From: Kiloniellaceae bacterium
GTDB taxonomy: Bacteria; Pseudomonadota; Alphaproteobacteria; Kiloniellales; J153
Direction of reading: 5' to 3'
NCBI GenBank assembly: GCA_021776135.1
Contig: JAJFGL010000012.1
Coordinates: 23,258 to 87,257 of the forward strand
Length of the DNA stretch: 64,000 nucleotides
Part shown: one piece after another, positions 47,951-57,593 of the stretch
Position numbering within the stretch: the stretch's first letter is position 1
Layout of the letters: every line of letters starts with the position of its first letter
Made by a program: the position numbers and the translations under genes
Notes under the pieces: generated by a model
The model's database searches: none
Told to the model about the DNA's origin: nothing
Seen by the model: only the letters and a program-made list of their open reading frames with translations

Positions 47951-48358
47951 ATGCTCGAGATGGAACCGGAGACGGTCTACTTATTGATTCTCAAGTCACG
48001 CGAATTCGATGAAAAGGACGCGCCTGGGGAAACCCCAGGCCAGGATGACAGCCCGGCCGAACGGCAAATCGATAGCGGCATGGACTACTTCGATGGCGAC
48101 CCGCTCGCGCAAGAAATCAAGGACGCGATCGACGGTCTGAACGAGGATCATCAGGCGGAATTGGTGGCGCTCACCTGGCTCGGACGCGGCGACTTCACGG
48201 CCGGGGAGTGGCGCGACGCCCTGGGCATGGCCCGCGAAAGGCGCAGCAATCCAACCTCCGAATACCTCTTGGGGACGCCCATGTTGGGCGACTACCTTGA
48301 AGAGGGCCTCACGGCCCTGGGATATACCATCGAAGACCTGGAGCCGGACACGGTTTAG
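47951..48358 (+). CDS. DUF3775 domain-containing protein
   Basis: 135 aa; VYLLILKSREFDEK...ELVALTWLGRGDF. The stop TAG (48356-48358) is the first 3 nt of the adjacent MITE. Confidence 0.8.
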   Translation: MLEMEPETVYLLILKSREFDEKDAPGETPGQDDSPAERQIDSGMDYFDGDPLAQEIKDAIDGLNEDHQAELVALTWLGRGDFTAGEWRDALGMARERRSNPTSEYLLGTPMLGDYLEEGLTALGYTIEDLEPDTV

Positions 48359-48621
48359 AGCATGTTCCATTCATATTGACCCATTTGATGGTGCCAAATC
48401 AGCCCAGCGGTTAGGCGCGGAACGCCGCGCGATGTGGGGCATCGGGCAAGTTCCGCAACGACGCCGATGGGCTGACTTGGCCCACCGGAGGCCGGTATTT
48501 CGCGCCCGCTGGACGTCGTTGCGGCCCACTTGCGGTCATGAAGACCGCGGCGCGAACCGCGCCTAGCCAGCAGACGCGAAATACCAGTCAAATGGCTCAA
48601 TATGAATGGAACATGCTCTAG
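48356..48621. mobile_element. MITE-like element, family B, copy 2 (266 bp)
   Basis: Terminal inverted repeats tagagcatgttccattcatattgacccatttga / tcaaatggctcaatatgaatggaacatgctcta (1 mismatch). The ~110-bp core is nearly identical to 32030-32140. Confidence 0.8.
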
Positions 48622-48729
48622 CGCCGCCGTTGCCTCGCCCCGGCCGGCGACCTATAAGTCGGCCATGCTCTCCAGGCGCCACTTAAAACCAAGTTTTAGC
48701 GCGAAAAACCGATCTCGCGGCGGTGAAGG

Positions 48730-49584
48730 GTGACCGCCAAGGGCGAGCGCATCGCCAAGGTGATCGCCCGCGCCGGCGTCTGTTCCCGGCGCGAGGCGGA
48801 GCGCCTGATCGCCGATGGCCGGGTGCGTCTCGACGGCGCCGTCTTGTCCAGCCCGGCGGTTACGGTGACCGCCGAGTCCAACATCATGATCGACGGCAAG
48901 GCCCTGCCGGCGCCCGAAGCAGCCCGCCTGTGGCGCTACCACAAGCCGCGCGGCACGGTAACCAGCGCCCGCGATCCCGGCGGCCGCCCCACCGTCTTCG
49001 ATAACCTGCCCGCCGGGCTGCCGCGCGTGGTCAGTATCGGACGCCTGGATATCGCCTCCGAGGGCCTGCTTCTGCTGACCAACGACGGGACGCTTAAACG
49101 CAAACTGGAGCTGCCGGCGACCGGCTGGACCCGCCGCTACCGGGTGCGAGTTCACGGCAAGGCCGATCCCGCGGCCTTGGCCAAGTTAAGCCAGGGCGTG
49201 CGCGTCGCGGGAATCCAATACGGCCCGATCCAGGCAAGCCTGGAACGCCAAACCGGCGCCAATGCCTGGATCAAGATCGCCCTTAAGGAAGGCAAGAACC
49301 GGGAGGTCCGGCGGGTCATGGAACACCTGGGGCTGGACGTGAACCGCCTGATCCGCGTCGCCTTCGGGTCGTTCCAGCTTAGCGAGCTTAAACCCGGCGC
49401 GGTCGAGGAGATACCCGGCAAGGTGGTGCGCGAACAGCTTGGCGAAGGCCAGGGCGCGACAAAGAAAGCCGGCGCCGCCTGGGCCAAGCCACGCCCCAAG
49501 AAGCCCGTCAAGTCCCGCCAGCGCGAAGCCCCCGCCAGTGGAAGGCCAGGAAAGAAAGATGCGAATCGTCGGCGGCCGGCATAG
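48730..49584 (+). CDS. rluB: 23S rRNA pseudouridine synthase (RluB/RsuA family)
   Basis: S4 domain ERIAKVIARAGVCSRREAERLI; catalytic GRLDIASEGLLLLTND; basic tail. GTG start. Confidence 0.88.
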   Translation: MTAKGERIAKVIARAGVCSRREAERLIADGRVRLDGAVLSSPAVTVTAESNIMIDGKALPAPEAARLWRYHKPRGTVTSARDPGGRPTVFDNLPAGLPRVVSIGRLDIASEGLLLLTNDGTLKRKLELPATGWTRRYRVRVHGKADPAALAKLSQGVRVAGIQYGPIQASLERQTGANAWIKIALKEGKNREVRRVMEHLGLDVNRLIRVAFGSFQLSELKPGAVEEIPGKVVREQLGEGQGATKKAGAAWAKPRPKKPVKSRQREAPASGRPGKKDANRRRPA

Positions 49585-50140
49585 GGGCCGGCGCCTGGAG
49601 GCGCCCGATGGTCTGGCTGTGCGCCCGACCGCGGACCGCACCCGCGAATCCATTTTCAATATCCTGACCCAGGGCAAGCTCGATTGGCGCCGGTCCGGCG
49701 CGGCGGCGAATAACCCCCTGCAAGACGCGCGGGTGCTGGACGCCTTCGCCGGCACCGGGGCCCTGGGGCTCGAAGCGCTGTCGCGCGGTGCCGGCGCGGT
49801 TATTTTCATGGAGGAACACGCCACCGCCCTGGCCGCGTGCAAGCGCAACATCGCCGCCCTCGGTGAAGCCGCCCGTGCCCAAGCGCTCCAGTGCGATGTC
49901 CTGCGCCCGCCGCGCGCCGGAGCGCCGTGCGAGCTGGTGCTGATGGACCCGCCCTACAATCAAGGTCTGGCGCCGCCCGCCTTGCGCGCACTCCTGGCTG
50001 CGGGCTGGCTGGCGCCGGGGGCGCTGACCGCGGTCGAACTCATGGCCGTCGAAGACTTCGATGCGCCGGCGGAATTCGAAATCCTGGACGAGCGCAAATA
50101 CGGCAAGGCGCGGGTCGTGTTCCTGCGCGCGCCGGTTTAG
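49559..50140 (+). CDS. rsmD: 16S rRNA (guanine966-N2)-methyltransferase
   Basis: ATG 49559; MRIVGGRHRGRRLEAPDGLAVRPTADRTRESIFN and LVLMDPPY. Confidence 0.9.
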   Translation: MRIVGGRHRGRRLEAPDGLAVRPTADRTRESIFNILTQGKLDWRRSGAAANNPLQDARVLDAFAGTGALGLEALSRGAGAVIFMEEHATALAACKRNIAALGEAARAQALQCDVLRPPRAGAPCELVLMDPPYNQGLAPPALRALLAAGWLAPGALTAVELMAVEDFDAPAEFEILDERKYGKARVVFLRAPV

Positions 50141-50149
50141 CGGTTTCGG

Positions 50150-50506
50150 TTAACCCCCCGGCGCTTCGTGGGTCTTGACCTGGCCGCGCGCCTTGCGGGC
50201 GTGGTCTTCCAGTTGCCGGGCGGCGGCGTTAAAGGAATCGCGTACCGCCACATACACGTCCTCGTGGGCGTGGTTGCTGGCGCCGCTCCGGTTCACGACG
50301 ATCTCCTTGCCGGGTACGGAGATATCGATCCGCACCTCATAGACGATACCCTTGTGGCTATGCTTGTGGGGGGCCTCGACCACCACCCGGCAGCCGATTA
50401 TCCGATCGAAATAGCGCTCCAGTTTTGACGCCCGCTCCCGGACAGTGGCCTCGACGGCGTCGGAACGGTCCATATTGTGGAAAGTCACTTCCAAGGGAAT
50501 CTGCAT
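50150..50506 (-). CDS. HPF/RaiA family ribosome-associated protein
   Basis: 118 aa; MQIPLEVTFHNMDRSDAVEATVRERASKLERYF. Confidence 0.8.
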   Translation of the reverse strand: MQIPLEVTFHNMDRSDAVEATVRERASKLERYFDRIIGCRVVVEAPHKHSHKGIVYEVRIDISVPGKEIVVNRSGASNHAHEDVYVAVRDSFNAAARQLEDHARKARGQVKTHEAPGG

Positions 50507-50600
50507 ATCCGGTATCCTTCTGGGTTAACCCAAGCGGCGCTTCGTCCCGTGAGTATAGCGCGCGGACCGGCCTAGGGTTCCTTGATTTCCCTCAAGACAT

Positions 50601-52400
50601 CTAGCGGCGCCCGAACAGGCGTTCGATATCGGCCAGTTTCAACTCGACATAGGTCGGGCGGCCATGATTGCACTGGCCGGAATGGGGAGTGGCCTCCATC
50701 TGGCGCAGCAGGGCGTTCATCTCGTCCACATTGAGGCGGCGTCCGGCCCGCACCGAACCGTGGCAGGCCAAGGTGCCGCAGACCTCTTGCAAGCGTTCCT
50801 TGAGGGCCAGGGATTGACCGATTTCCGCCAGTTCGTCGGCCAAATCGCGGACCAGGCCCTGCACGTCGAGATCGCCCAGCAGGGCCGGCACCTCGCGGAC
50901 CACCACGGCGCCGGGGCCGAAGGCCTCGAGCACCAGTCCCAGGGCGGCCAATTCTTCGCTACGCTCGCTCAAGCGCGCCGCCGCCTCGGGCTCCAATTCC
51001 ACCACCTCCGGCATCAAAAGCGCCTGGCGGGTCACGCCTTGGGCGGCCATTTGCTGCTTCATGTCTTCGTAAACCAGGCGCTCGTGGGCGGCGTGCTGAT
51101 CGACGATGACAATGCCGTCGGCGGTTTGCGCGACCACATAGGTTTCATGGACCTGCGCCCTGGCGGCGCCCAAGGGGTAGTCCGCGTCCAGGTTTTCCGG
51201 CGCCTGGTCCGCGGCCGCGCCGGGCGCCGCCGCCAGCGCCGGCAAGGGCGCTTGGCCCGCCAGGGATGTTTCGGCCAAGCCTCGTGGCGCTACGCCGCCG
51301 GCGCGGGCGCGCCAGGTCTGGGCCACGCCTGGATTATGGCCGGGGCGAAAGGCGCCCAGGGCCGCCTGGGCCACGCTGCTTGATGCCCGGTGTCCCGCTT
51401 CGGCCAGGGCATGGCGGCAGGCGCCGACGATCAGGCCGCGTATCAGGCCGGGATCGCGAAAGCGGACCTCGGCCTTGGCCGGGTGGACGTTCACGTCGAC
51501 CGCCTCGGCGGGCAGGTCCAAAAACAGAGCCAGAAGGGCGTGGCGGTCGTGGGCCAGGAAGTCGTGATAGGCGCCGCGAACCGCGCCGTGGAGCAGCTTA
51601 TCGCGCACCGGGCGCCCGTTCACGAAGAGGTACTGATGGCGCGCGTTGCCCCGGTTCAGGGTCGGCAGGCCGATATATCCGCTGAGTTTGACGCCCTCGC
51701 GTTCGGCCTCGATGGGCAGGGCGTTGGCGGCGAAATCCCGGGCCATGACCGCGCCCAAGCGTGCTAGCCGCGTATAATTAAGTGCGCCTTGCGTAGAGGG
51801 TAAGTGCAGTAATTTGCGCGTTCCGTCGAATAAAGTGAAGCCGACCCGGGGGTGCGCCATGGCCAAGCGCTGCATGGCGTCGAGGACATAGCCCTGCTCC
51901 GTGCGCGTGGTCTTGAGGAACTTCAGACGCGCCGGGGTGGCGAAAAAAAGATCCCGCACCTCGATCCGGGTGCCGGGGGCTTGCGCGGCCGGGGTCAGCG
52001 CGCCGCGCCGTCCGCCCTCGACGCTCAGGGACCAGGCCTGGGCGCCGTCTTGCCCGCCGCGGACCCGGCTGGCGAGGCTGAGGCGCGAGACCGCGCCGAT
52101 GGAGGGCAGGGCCTCGCCGCGGAAGCCCAGGGTCGCGATGTTGACCAGATCGTCGCCGGGCAGCTTGGAGGTCGCGTGGCGCTCCAGGGCCAGTTCGATC
52201 TCGGGCCCGCTCATGCCCTGGCCGTCGTCGGCGACCGAAATAAATGTGCGGCCGCCGTCGCGCAAGACCACGTCGATCTGCTTGGCGCCGGCGTCCAGGG
52301 CGTTTTCGACCAGTTCCTTGACCGCCGCCGCCGGGCGCTCGATCACCTCGCCGGCGGCGATGCGGTTGACCAGGGTTTCCGGCAGGCGGCGCAGGGTCAT
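50601..52400 (-). CDS. mutL: DNA mismatch repair endonuclease MutL
   Basis: ATG 52400 ([39 protein letters not shown]). Start overlaps the pgi stop (ATGA). ORF-track entry 50601-53255 is over-extended. Confidence 0.95.
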   Translation of the reverse strand: MTLRRLPETLVNRIAAGEVIERPAAAVKELVENALDAGAKQIDVVLRDGGRTFISVADDGQGMSGPEIELALERHATSKLPGDDLVNIATLGFRGEALPSIGAVSRLSLASRVRGGQDGAQAWSLSVEGGRRGALTPAAQAPGTRIEVRDLFFATPARLKFLKTTRTEQGYVLDAMQRLAMAHPRVGFTLFDGTRKLLHLPSTQGALNYTRLARLGAVMARDFAANALPIEAEREGVKLSGYIGLPTLNRGNARHQYLFVNGRPVRDKLLHGAVRGAYHDFLAHDRHALLALFLDLPAEAVDVNVHPAKAEVRFRDPGLIRGLIVGACRHALAEAGHRASSSVAQAALGAFRPGHNPGVAQTWRARAGGVAPRGLAETSLAGQAPLPALAAAPGAAADQAPENLDADYPLGAARAQVHETYVVAQTADGIVIVDQHAAHERLVYEDMKQQMAAQGVTRQALLMPEVVELEPEAAARLSERSEELAALGLVLEAFGPGAVVVREVPALLGDLDVQGLVRDLADELAEIGQSLALKERLQEVCGTLACHGSVRAGRRLNVDEMNALLRQMEATPHSGQCNHGRPTYVELKLADIERLFGRR

Positions 52401-53701
52401 GTCTTGGCCCCGTCCAGATAGTTCCGGGTCAGAACCTTGCTCTCCTCGACCGCCGGCTGATCGAAGGGGTTCACCCCCAGAAGATCGGCGGCGAGGATGG
52501 TCTCGAGCATGAAATGCATCATGAGCCCGCCCAGTGCCGCCTCGTCCACCCGTTCCACCGACAGCAGCCGCACCGGGCGGCCATTCTTCGCCAGGGTCTC
52601 GGCGGTCGCCCGGGCCGAGGCGGCGATCAGGTCGCCCAGGGGCCGCCCGGCCAGGTAAGCGGCCCCGGCGGCCTTGGCGAAGGCCGCGTCCATGACCGGC
52701 CCTTCGCCGCCGCAGGCGGGCATGACCAGGGTGAACATCTTGTCGCGCGGCCCGGCCAGGTAGAGCTGCAGCTGAGAATGATGATCCGCCGTGCCCAGGG
52801 CCCGCAGGGGCGTGGTGCCGGTGCCGTCCTTGCCCAGGCTCTCGGCCCAAAGCTGCCGGTACCAGAGGCCCAGGTTGGCCCAGCGGTCCTCGTAGGTCAT
52901 GAGAACGCTTTGCGTAATGCCCCGTTCCTGCAGCAGCCCCATGGCGATGGCGGCGCCCAGGGCCGGGGCCACGTCCTCGACCCGCTTCGCCTCCAGGGCG
53001 GCGCGCAGAACTTCGTTCGCGCCACGCCGCAAGGCCGCCACATCGAGCCCGGCGAGCAGCCCCGGCAAGGCGCCGACAACGGAAAACACGGAAAACCGCC
53101 CGCCGATCCCCGGGTGGTGCGCGATGACCCGTAGGCCGTGACTGGCGGCGATGCGCGACACAGGGCTCTCCCCCGCCTCGGTGATGACGACCGCATGATC
53201 GCCAAGCGCCGCCCGCCCCACCGCCGCCGCCAAGGCCGGCAGCAGGACCGCGCACTGAGCCAGGGTTTCCGCCGTCCCGCCCGATTTGGAGATAATGACC
53301 AGGCCGGTGCGCGCCAAGTCCAGCGCCCCCAGGAGCGCCGCCATGGTGTCGGGATCGACGTTATCGAGGAAGTGCAGACGCGGCCCGCCCAGGGCCGGCC
53401 CGAACCCCCGGTCCGAAAGGGCATACAAGGTCTTGCCGCCCAGGGACGAGCCCCCGGTGCCGAGGATAACCGCGTCGTCCAAACGCCCGCGCCAATCCTC
53501 GGCCAGGGCGCTCAGGTCTTCCAGGTCGCCGCTGTCCCGGACAACGCCCAAGGCCGGCAAACCGCCCGCGCCGAAAACCTGGCACAGCCGGTCATGGGCC
53601 GGCGCGGCGGCCATGAGCCCGCGCGTCAGGGCCCCATCGCTCAAGCCCCCTTCGCCGATATGATCGGCCAGGCAGGTATCCGTCAGGTGTTTGAAGGTCA
53701 T
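52397..53701 (-). CDS. pgi: glucose-6-phosphate isomerase (short bacterial type)
   Basis: 434 aa; [13 protein letters not shown], two SIS-like halves, C-terminal [10 protein letters not shown]. Confidence 0.9.
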   Translation of the reverse strand: MTFKHLTDTCLADHIGEGGLSDGALTRGLMAAAPAHDRLCQVFGAGGLPALGVVRDSGDLEDLSALAEDWRGRLDDAVILGTGGSSLGGKTLYALSDRGFGPALGGPRLHFLDNVDPDTMAALLGALDLARTGLVIISKSGGTAETLAQCAVLLPALAAAVGRAALGDHAVVITEAGESPVSRIAASHGLRVIAHHPGIGGRFSVFSVVGALPGLLAGLDVAALRRGANEVLRAALEAKRVEDVAPALGAAIAMGLLQERGITQSVLMTYEDRWANLGLWYRQLWAESLGKDGTGTTPLRALGTADHHSQLQLYLAGPRDKMFTLVMPACGGEGPVMDAAFAKAAGAAYLAGRPLGDLIAASARATAETLAKNGRPVRLLSVERVDEAALGGLMMHFMLETILAADLLGVNPFDQPAVEESKVLTRNYLDGAKT

Positions 53702-53868
53702 GATGGCGGCAAGCTATCAGAGTCGCGGGACGCCGGGAAGCGGGCGGTGGGAGGAAAATGCGACGGAATGCGATTTGAGGTGCCGAGAGCGCAAGGTCGA
53801 ATCGAATGTCGGTTCAGCGGATGAAAGCGGTCGTTGTTCTTATGCGATGAGAGAGTCCGGGGTTAGCC
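53664..53868. repeat. direct repeat copy A (native pgi 5' end plus ~170 bp upstream)
   Basis: tcggccaggcaggtatccgtcaggtgtttgaaggtcatgatggcggcaagctatcagagtcgcgggac...ggatgaaagcggtcgttgttcttatgcgatgagagagtccggggttagcc. Recurs at 62533-62739 and in part at 57392-57490. Confidence 0.85.
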
Positions 53869-54050
53869 ATTTTCAAAAGTTCGCCGGATTCGGAATACCG
53901 TCAGCTCAAGGGCTGGAATCGACCCAACGCGGACGTTCATGGGCAAGCCCGTTTACTTCCGCTTTGGGGGCAGAAGGAAACATTAGACAATGATTACTAT
54001 ATTCTAGTATTGGTTGTGATCCAACTTGGTTTTCTTTTAGACTGCCTTAA

Positions 54051-55817
54051 ATGGACCGTTTTGAATTCACCCGGCTTTTTTGTGAACGTCCCCAATCGTA
54101 TGCATGGTTTTTGGGTGCTGGTGCGTCCCGGAATGCGAATCTTCCAACTGCGGAAGACATCCTTACAGATTTAAAGCGGCGTTATTACTGCTCGGAAGAA
54201 AATCAAGAATATTCCACCAAAGATATGCAGAACGAGGCAGTGAGGTCGACCGTTGAGGCATATGTCAAGACGCGCGGTTTTCCTGAACGTTGGGCTCCCG
54301 AAGAATACACAACATATTTTCAGACAATCTTCGGTGAAGACCGTGAGCGGCAACGTCGATACATAATTGGCATGTTAGCGGAAGACCGCGTTCGACTAGC
54401 CGTCGGTAATCGTGTGTTCGGCGCGCTCTTGGCAAGCGGTCTCGCGCGAGTCGCGTACACAACGAATTTCGACACCGTCGTGGAAAAATCGATCGCGGAA
54501 ATCGCCGGAAAGTCACTTTCTGCGTTTCACCTCGAAGGCGCGCATGGTGCAATTGCTGCCATCAACAACGAAGCGTATCCATTTTACTGCAAACTACATG
54601 GTGACTTTCGCTATGACAGCATCAAAAACCTCCAAGCCGATCTTGCCTCACAGAATGAAGACTTGTCGCGCAGTCTTGTAAATGCCGCCAATCGTTTCGG
54701 TCTGATTGTTGTTGGCTACTCCGGACGCGATGCCAGCGTCATGGGTTTACTGCGCGAAGCTCTCGACAACTCAAATCCGTTTCCCCATGGCGTATTCTGG
54801 ATGATCACCAAAGGGTCAGCGGCACCCAAACCAGTTACTGAATTTATAGAAGCCGCGCGTGTACGCGGTGTAACAGCCGAAATGGTGGAGATCGAGACTT
54901 TTGACACCTTAATGCTCCGCCTATGGCGGAATTTGACTGAGCGTCCAGAAGGTATGGACGAGAAGGTACGCAAGGGGCGCGTTGATGCCGTGTCTCTTCC
55001 AATTCCGGAGACCGATGGCGATAGACCGTTGATGCGGTACAATGCCCTTCCGGTTTTATCTATTCCTGATACGTGTTTTATCTTGGAACTGAAAACCAAG
55101 CCGACTTGGGAAACCGTCGGTCCTACTCTCAGGGAAGCTGACCACAATCTCATCACGACCGTTGATGATGATTTGATGGCATGGGGCGATCTTGATGATG
55201 CGCAATCGGTGTTCGGTGACGACTTTGTTGGCTCGTCAGAACATAGTTTCGAGTCGGACTGGCGAAAGACAGGCCGGTTGCACATCAAAAAGTTCTTAGA
55301 AGACGGCATAGGTAAAGCGTTCGCGCGCACGCGTCCGCTTCTCATGCGTCGGCGAGGATCTGGCGTCGTGCTGATCGTCGACAAGATGGCGGATGACGTG
55401 GGCATATTCGAACCACTCCATGCGATAACGGGCAAGACGACTGGCACAATCGCAGGCTTGTCCATTCCCGAAACTGAAGAGCACGATGCGGTCAACAAAG
55501 TGGACTTCGCAGAATCGGTTCGGATCAGTCTCGCATGGGGCGATGACCGTCTTTGGTTGCTGCTAAAGCCTGACGTGTGGATTTGGCCCCCATTCGCACG
55601 TCGTCACGCAACTCAATGGCTGGAGAAACGGAGGGGAGATCGAAGAAACGACAAGCACGATATGCTATTGAGCGCCTGGATATCCGTGCTCACCGATGGC
55701 GCAGGTCGCGCCGAAGACGTGACCCTCACGGCTTTTGAAGGTGAATCAGGACCGGGGAACCCATCCTATAGAATCTCCAGCAGAACCGGATACTCGAACA
55801 AGCGGGGACGCCGATGA
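54051..55817 (+). CDS. SIR2-APAZ protein (SIR2_2-type NADase domain + Argonaute-associated APAZ-like C-terminal region)
   Basis: 588 aa. [14 protein letters not shown] (aa 19-32), YTTNFD (N139, D141), CKLHGD (H183), VVGYSGRD (aa 220-227). About 330 further aa carry no enzyme motif. Stop overlaps the pAgo start. Confidence 0.85.
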   Translation: MDRFEFTRLFCERPQSYAWFLGAGASRNANLPTAEDILTDLKRRYYCSEENQEYSTKDMQNEAVRSTVEAYVKTRGFPERWAPEEYTTYFQTIFGEDRERQRRYIIGMLAEDRVRLAVGNRVFGALLASGLARVAYTTNFDTVVEKSIAEIAGKSLSAFHLEGAHGAIAAINNEAYPFYCKLHGDFRYDSIKNLQADLASQNEDLSRSLVNAANRFGLIVVGYSGRDASVMGLLREALDNSNPFPHGVFWMITKGSAAPKPVTEFIEAARVRGVTAEMVEIETFDTLMLRLWRNLTERPEGMDEKVRKGRVDAVSLPIPETDGDRPLMRYNALPVLSIPDTCFILELKTKPTWETVGPTLREADHNLITTVDDDLMAWGDLDDAQSVFGDDFVGSSEHSFESDWRKTGRLHIKKFLEDGIGKAFARTRPLLMRRRGSGVVLIVDKMADDVGIFEPLHAITGKTTGTIAGLSIPETEEHDAVNKVDFAESVRISLAWGDDRLWLLLKPDVWIWPPFARRHATQWLEKRRGDRRNDKHDMLLSAWISVLTDGAGRAEDVTLTAFEGESGPGNPSYRISSRTGYSNKRGRR

Positions 55818-57253
55818 GCTCAATCATTCTACCCGCCTACGTGTCGGTGCCAGAACCTGAACTATTGTTCCACAATAAGGGCAGAGATCGCCATCCGCTG
55901 CGAGGGCTCATTGATCATGGTCCGTTTAGCTTGCGGTTTGGTGCGCCTTCACGCGTCAGGTTCGCACTCGTCGCTCCCAAAAACGAAATGGCCCGGCTCG
56001 AAAACCTTGTTCATGAATTGGGTCAAACCGCAAAGCCGCGAGAAGCGATAAACTACTACCCGGACTATCCCGGATTTGAGACGGTGTTCCGCACTCCAAT
56101 CGCGCCGATCGATGACACACTCAAATTCGTGCTTCCGCAGGACTTGGACCGGTTCGCAGATGAAAACGACAAAATCAAAATGGCGCGTTTGCTTTTTTCT
56201 GAGATCGCGAAGCTGCGTACTCTCAAGGGGCAATTCGATGTCGCCCTGATTTATCTGCCGCGTCGATGGAGCGCTTGCTTTGAAGGCGAAAACTTCAATC
56301 TTCACCATTACCTAAAAGCGTTCTGCGCTCCGTCTCAGATTCCGATCCAGATTCTAAACCAGGACAGCTTCGACAGAATATGTCGCGCAAACGTCATGTG
56401 GGGGTTGTCCGTGGCGCTGTTCGCGAAGGCGAACGGAGAACCTTGGAAGCTGACAGGTCTCGACCCTCAAGAAGCCTTCATCGGCATCAGCTACGCGATG
56501 CGGAGAAAAGCTGGCAACAGCGGTCAGGAATACACAACATGTTGCAGCCAAATATTCGACCCAGACGGCACAGGGTTTAGGTTTGTTGCCTATGATGCAA
56601 AGGAATTCACTGAGGATCGACGACGGAACCCTTACCTTTCCTACTATGAAATGCAGTCGGTGCTTTCAAAGAGCATGTACGTCTACCAGCAGGGTCATGT
56701 CGGGCGCACGCCCAGAAAAATCACGATCCACAAAAATACCGAATTCAAGCCGGAGGAGATTGAAGCCGCGCTTGATAGTTTCAATGAGGGTACGGAGGTT
56801 GAATTGGTCCAGGTCGTTCAATCAACGGATTGGGCAGGCTTACGTTACACACCAGGCCGGGCCGCTTCGATAGACAAACCCGCCGAAAGTCAGAAAGCGC
56901 ACAACTATCCAGTAGAGCGGGGAACATATGTTCCGATGAGCGCAAATGAAACGCTGGCGTGGACGCAAGGAAGTGTCCGGGGTGTGCAGCTTCAGAACCC
57001 AAATTATTATGTCTACAAAGAAGGGGCGTTAAAGCCTACACCTTCACCAATTTTACTACGTCGCTTTTCGGGATCAGGTGGCTGGCACGAGACGGTCAAC
57101 GGAGTTCTTTCGCTAACCAAAATGGATTGGAACAACAATACGCTCTATAAGAAACTACCGGTCACCATGGTGTATTCCAGTCGTTTTGCGGAGATCATTC
57201 AGCAGAACCCAGAATTGGTTGATCAGGTCTATGATTTCCGCTGTTTCATGTGA
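55814..57253 (+). CDS. short prokaryotic Argonaute (MID + PIWI only, predicted catalytically inactive)
   Basis: 479 aa. [20 protein letters not shown] hallmark and H164-x3-K168...Q179...K205 pocket spacing. PIWI catalytic positions read as S226 (FIGISY), N308 (IHKNT) and S456 (VYSSRFAE). ggggac RBS before ATG 55814. Confidence 0.85.
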   Translation: MSSIILPAYVSVPEPELLFHNKGRDRHPLRGLIDHGPFSLRFGAPSRVRFALVAPKNEMARLENLVHELGQTAKPREAINYYPDYPGFETVFRTPIAPIDDTLKFVLPQDLDRFADENDKIKMARLLFSEIAKLRTLKGQFDVALIYLPRRWSACFEGENFNLHHYLKAFCAPSQIPIQILNQDSFDRICRANVMWGLSVALFAKANGEPWKLTGLDPQEAFIGISYAMRRKAGNSGQEYTTCCSQIFDPDGTGFRFVAYDAKEFTEDRRRNPYLSYYEMQSVLSKSMYVYQQGHVGRTPRKITIHKNTEFKPEEIEAALDSFNEGTEVELVQVVQSTDWAGLRYTPGRAASIDKPAESQKAHNYPVERGTYVPMSANETLAWTQGSVRGVQLQNPNYYVYKEGALKPTPSPILLRRFSGSGGWHETVNGVLSLTKMDWNNNTLYKKLPVTMVYSSRFAEIIQQNPELVDQVYDFRCFM

Positions 57254-57391
57254 ACCTGCGTTATGTACGCAATTGGGATATTAGCGGACGTTACGTGCGG
57301 CCATGGCCAACGGCTCCTCTTGGCCGATGGTTGCCATTGCTCTCCAATCTGGTCAATGACCGATTAGGGTCAGATTCAGAGATTCCAATGA

Positions 57392-57490
57392 CCCCTCGCC
57401 GATATTATCGGTCAGGTGTTAGAAGGTCATGATGGTGACAAGCTAACAGAGTCGCGGGACGGCGGGCAGCGGGCGGGGGTCGGAAAATGC
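57392..57490. repeat. direct repeat copy B (degenerate pgi 5' end plus upstream)
   Basis: The reverse strand reads atg acc ttc TAA cac ctg acc gat aat atc ggc gag ggg (pgi codons 1-19 with K4 to stop and a 15-nt deletion), then gatggtgacaagctaacagagtcgcgggacggcgggcagcgggcgg. Confidence 0.8.
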
Positions 57491-57593
57491 CGCAAAAATG
57501 AAATTCGCTGGCTCTAACTGCATTGAAAACACACAACCGGAAACGAAAGGCGCGCCAGGATCTTGGCCGCCGTGCGGTTTTGAATGCGCGGTT

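Noticed and set aside
52401-53255. N-terminal 285-aa extension of the mutL ORF (track entry 50601-53255)
   Set aside because: The extension overlaps pgi in another frame and is Gly/Arg/Pro-rich. The canonical MutL N-terminus ([19 protein letters not shown]) starts at ATG 52400, which overlaps the pgi stop.
53691-53993. 100-aa ORF sharing ESGRCS..RESGV with ORF 62636-62854
   Set aside because: The shared peptide reflects the direct DNA repeat (copies A and C). There is no RBS or family signal and the region is probably non-coding.
55814-57253. pAgo as an active DNA/RNA-slicing nuclease
   Set aside because: The recognisable PIWI catalytic positions read S226, N308 and S456 instead of Asp/Asp/His-Asp, and the N and PAZ domains are absent.
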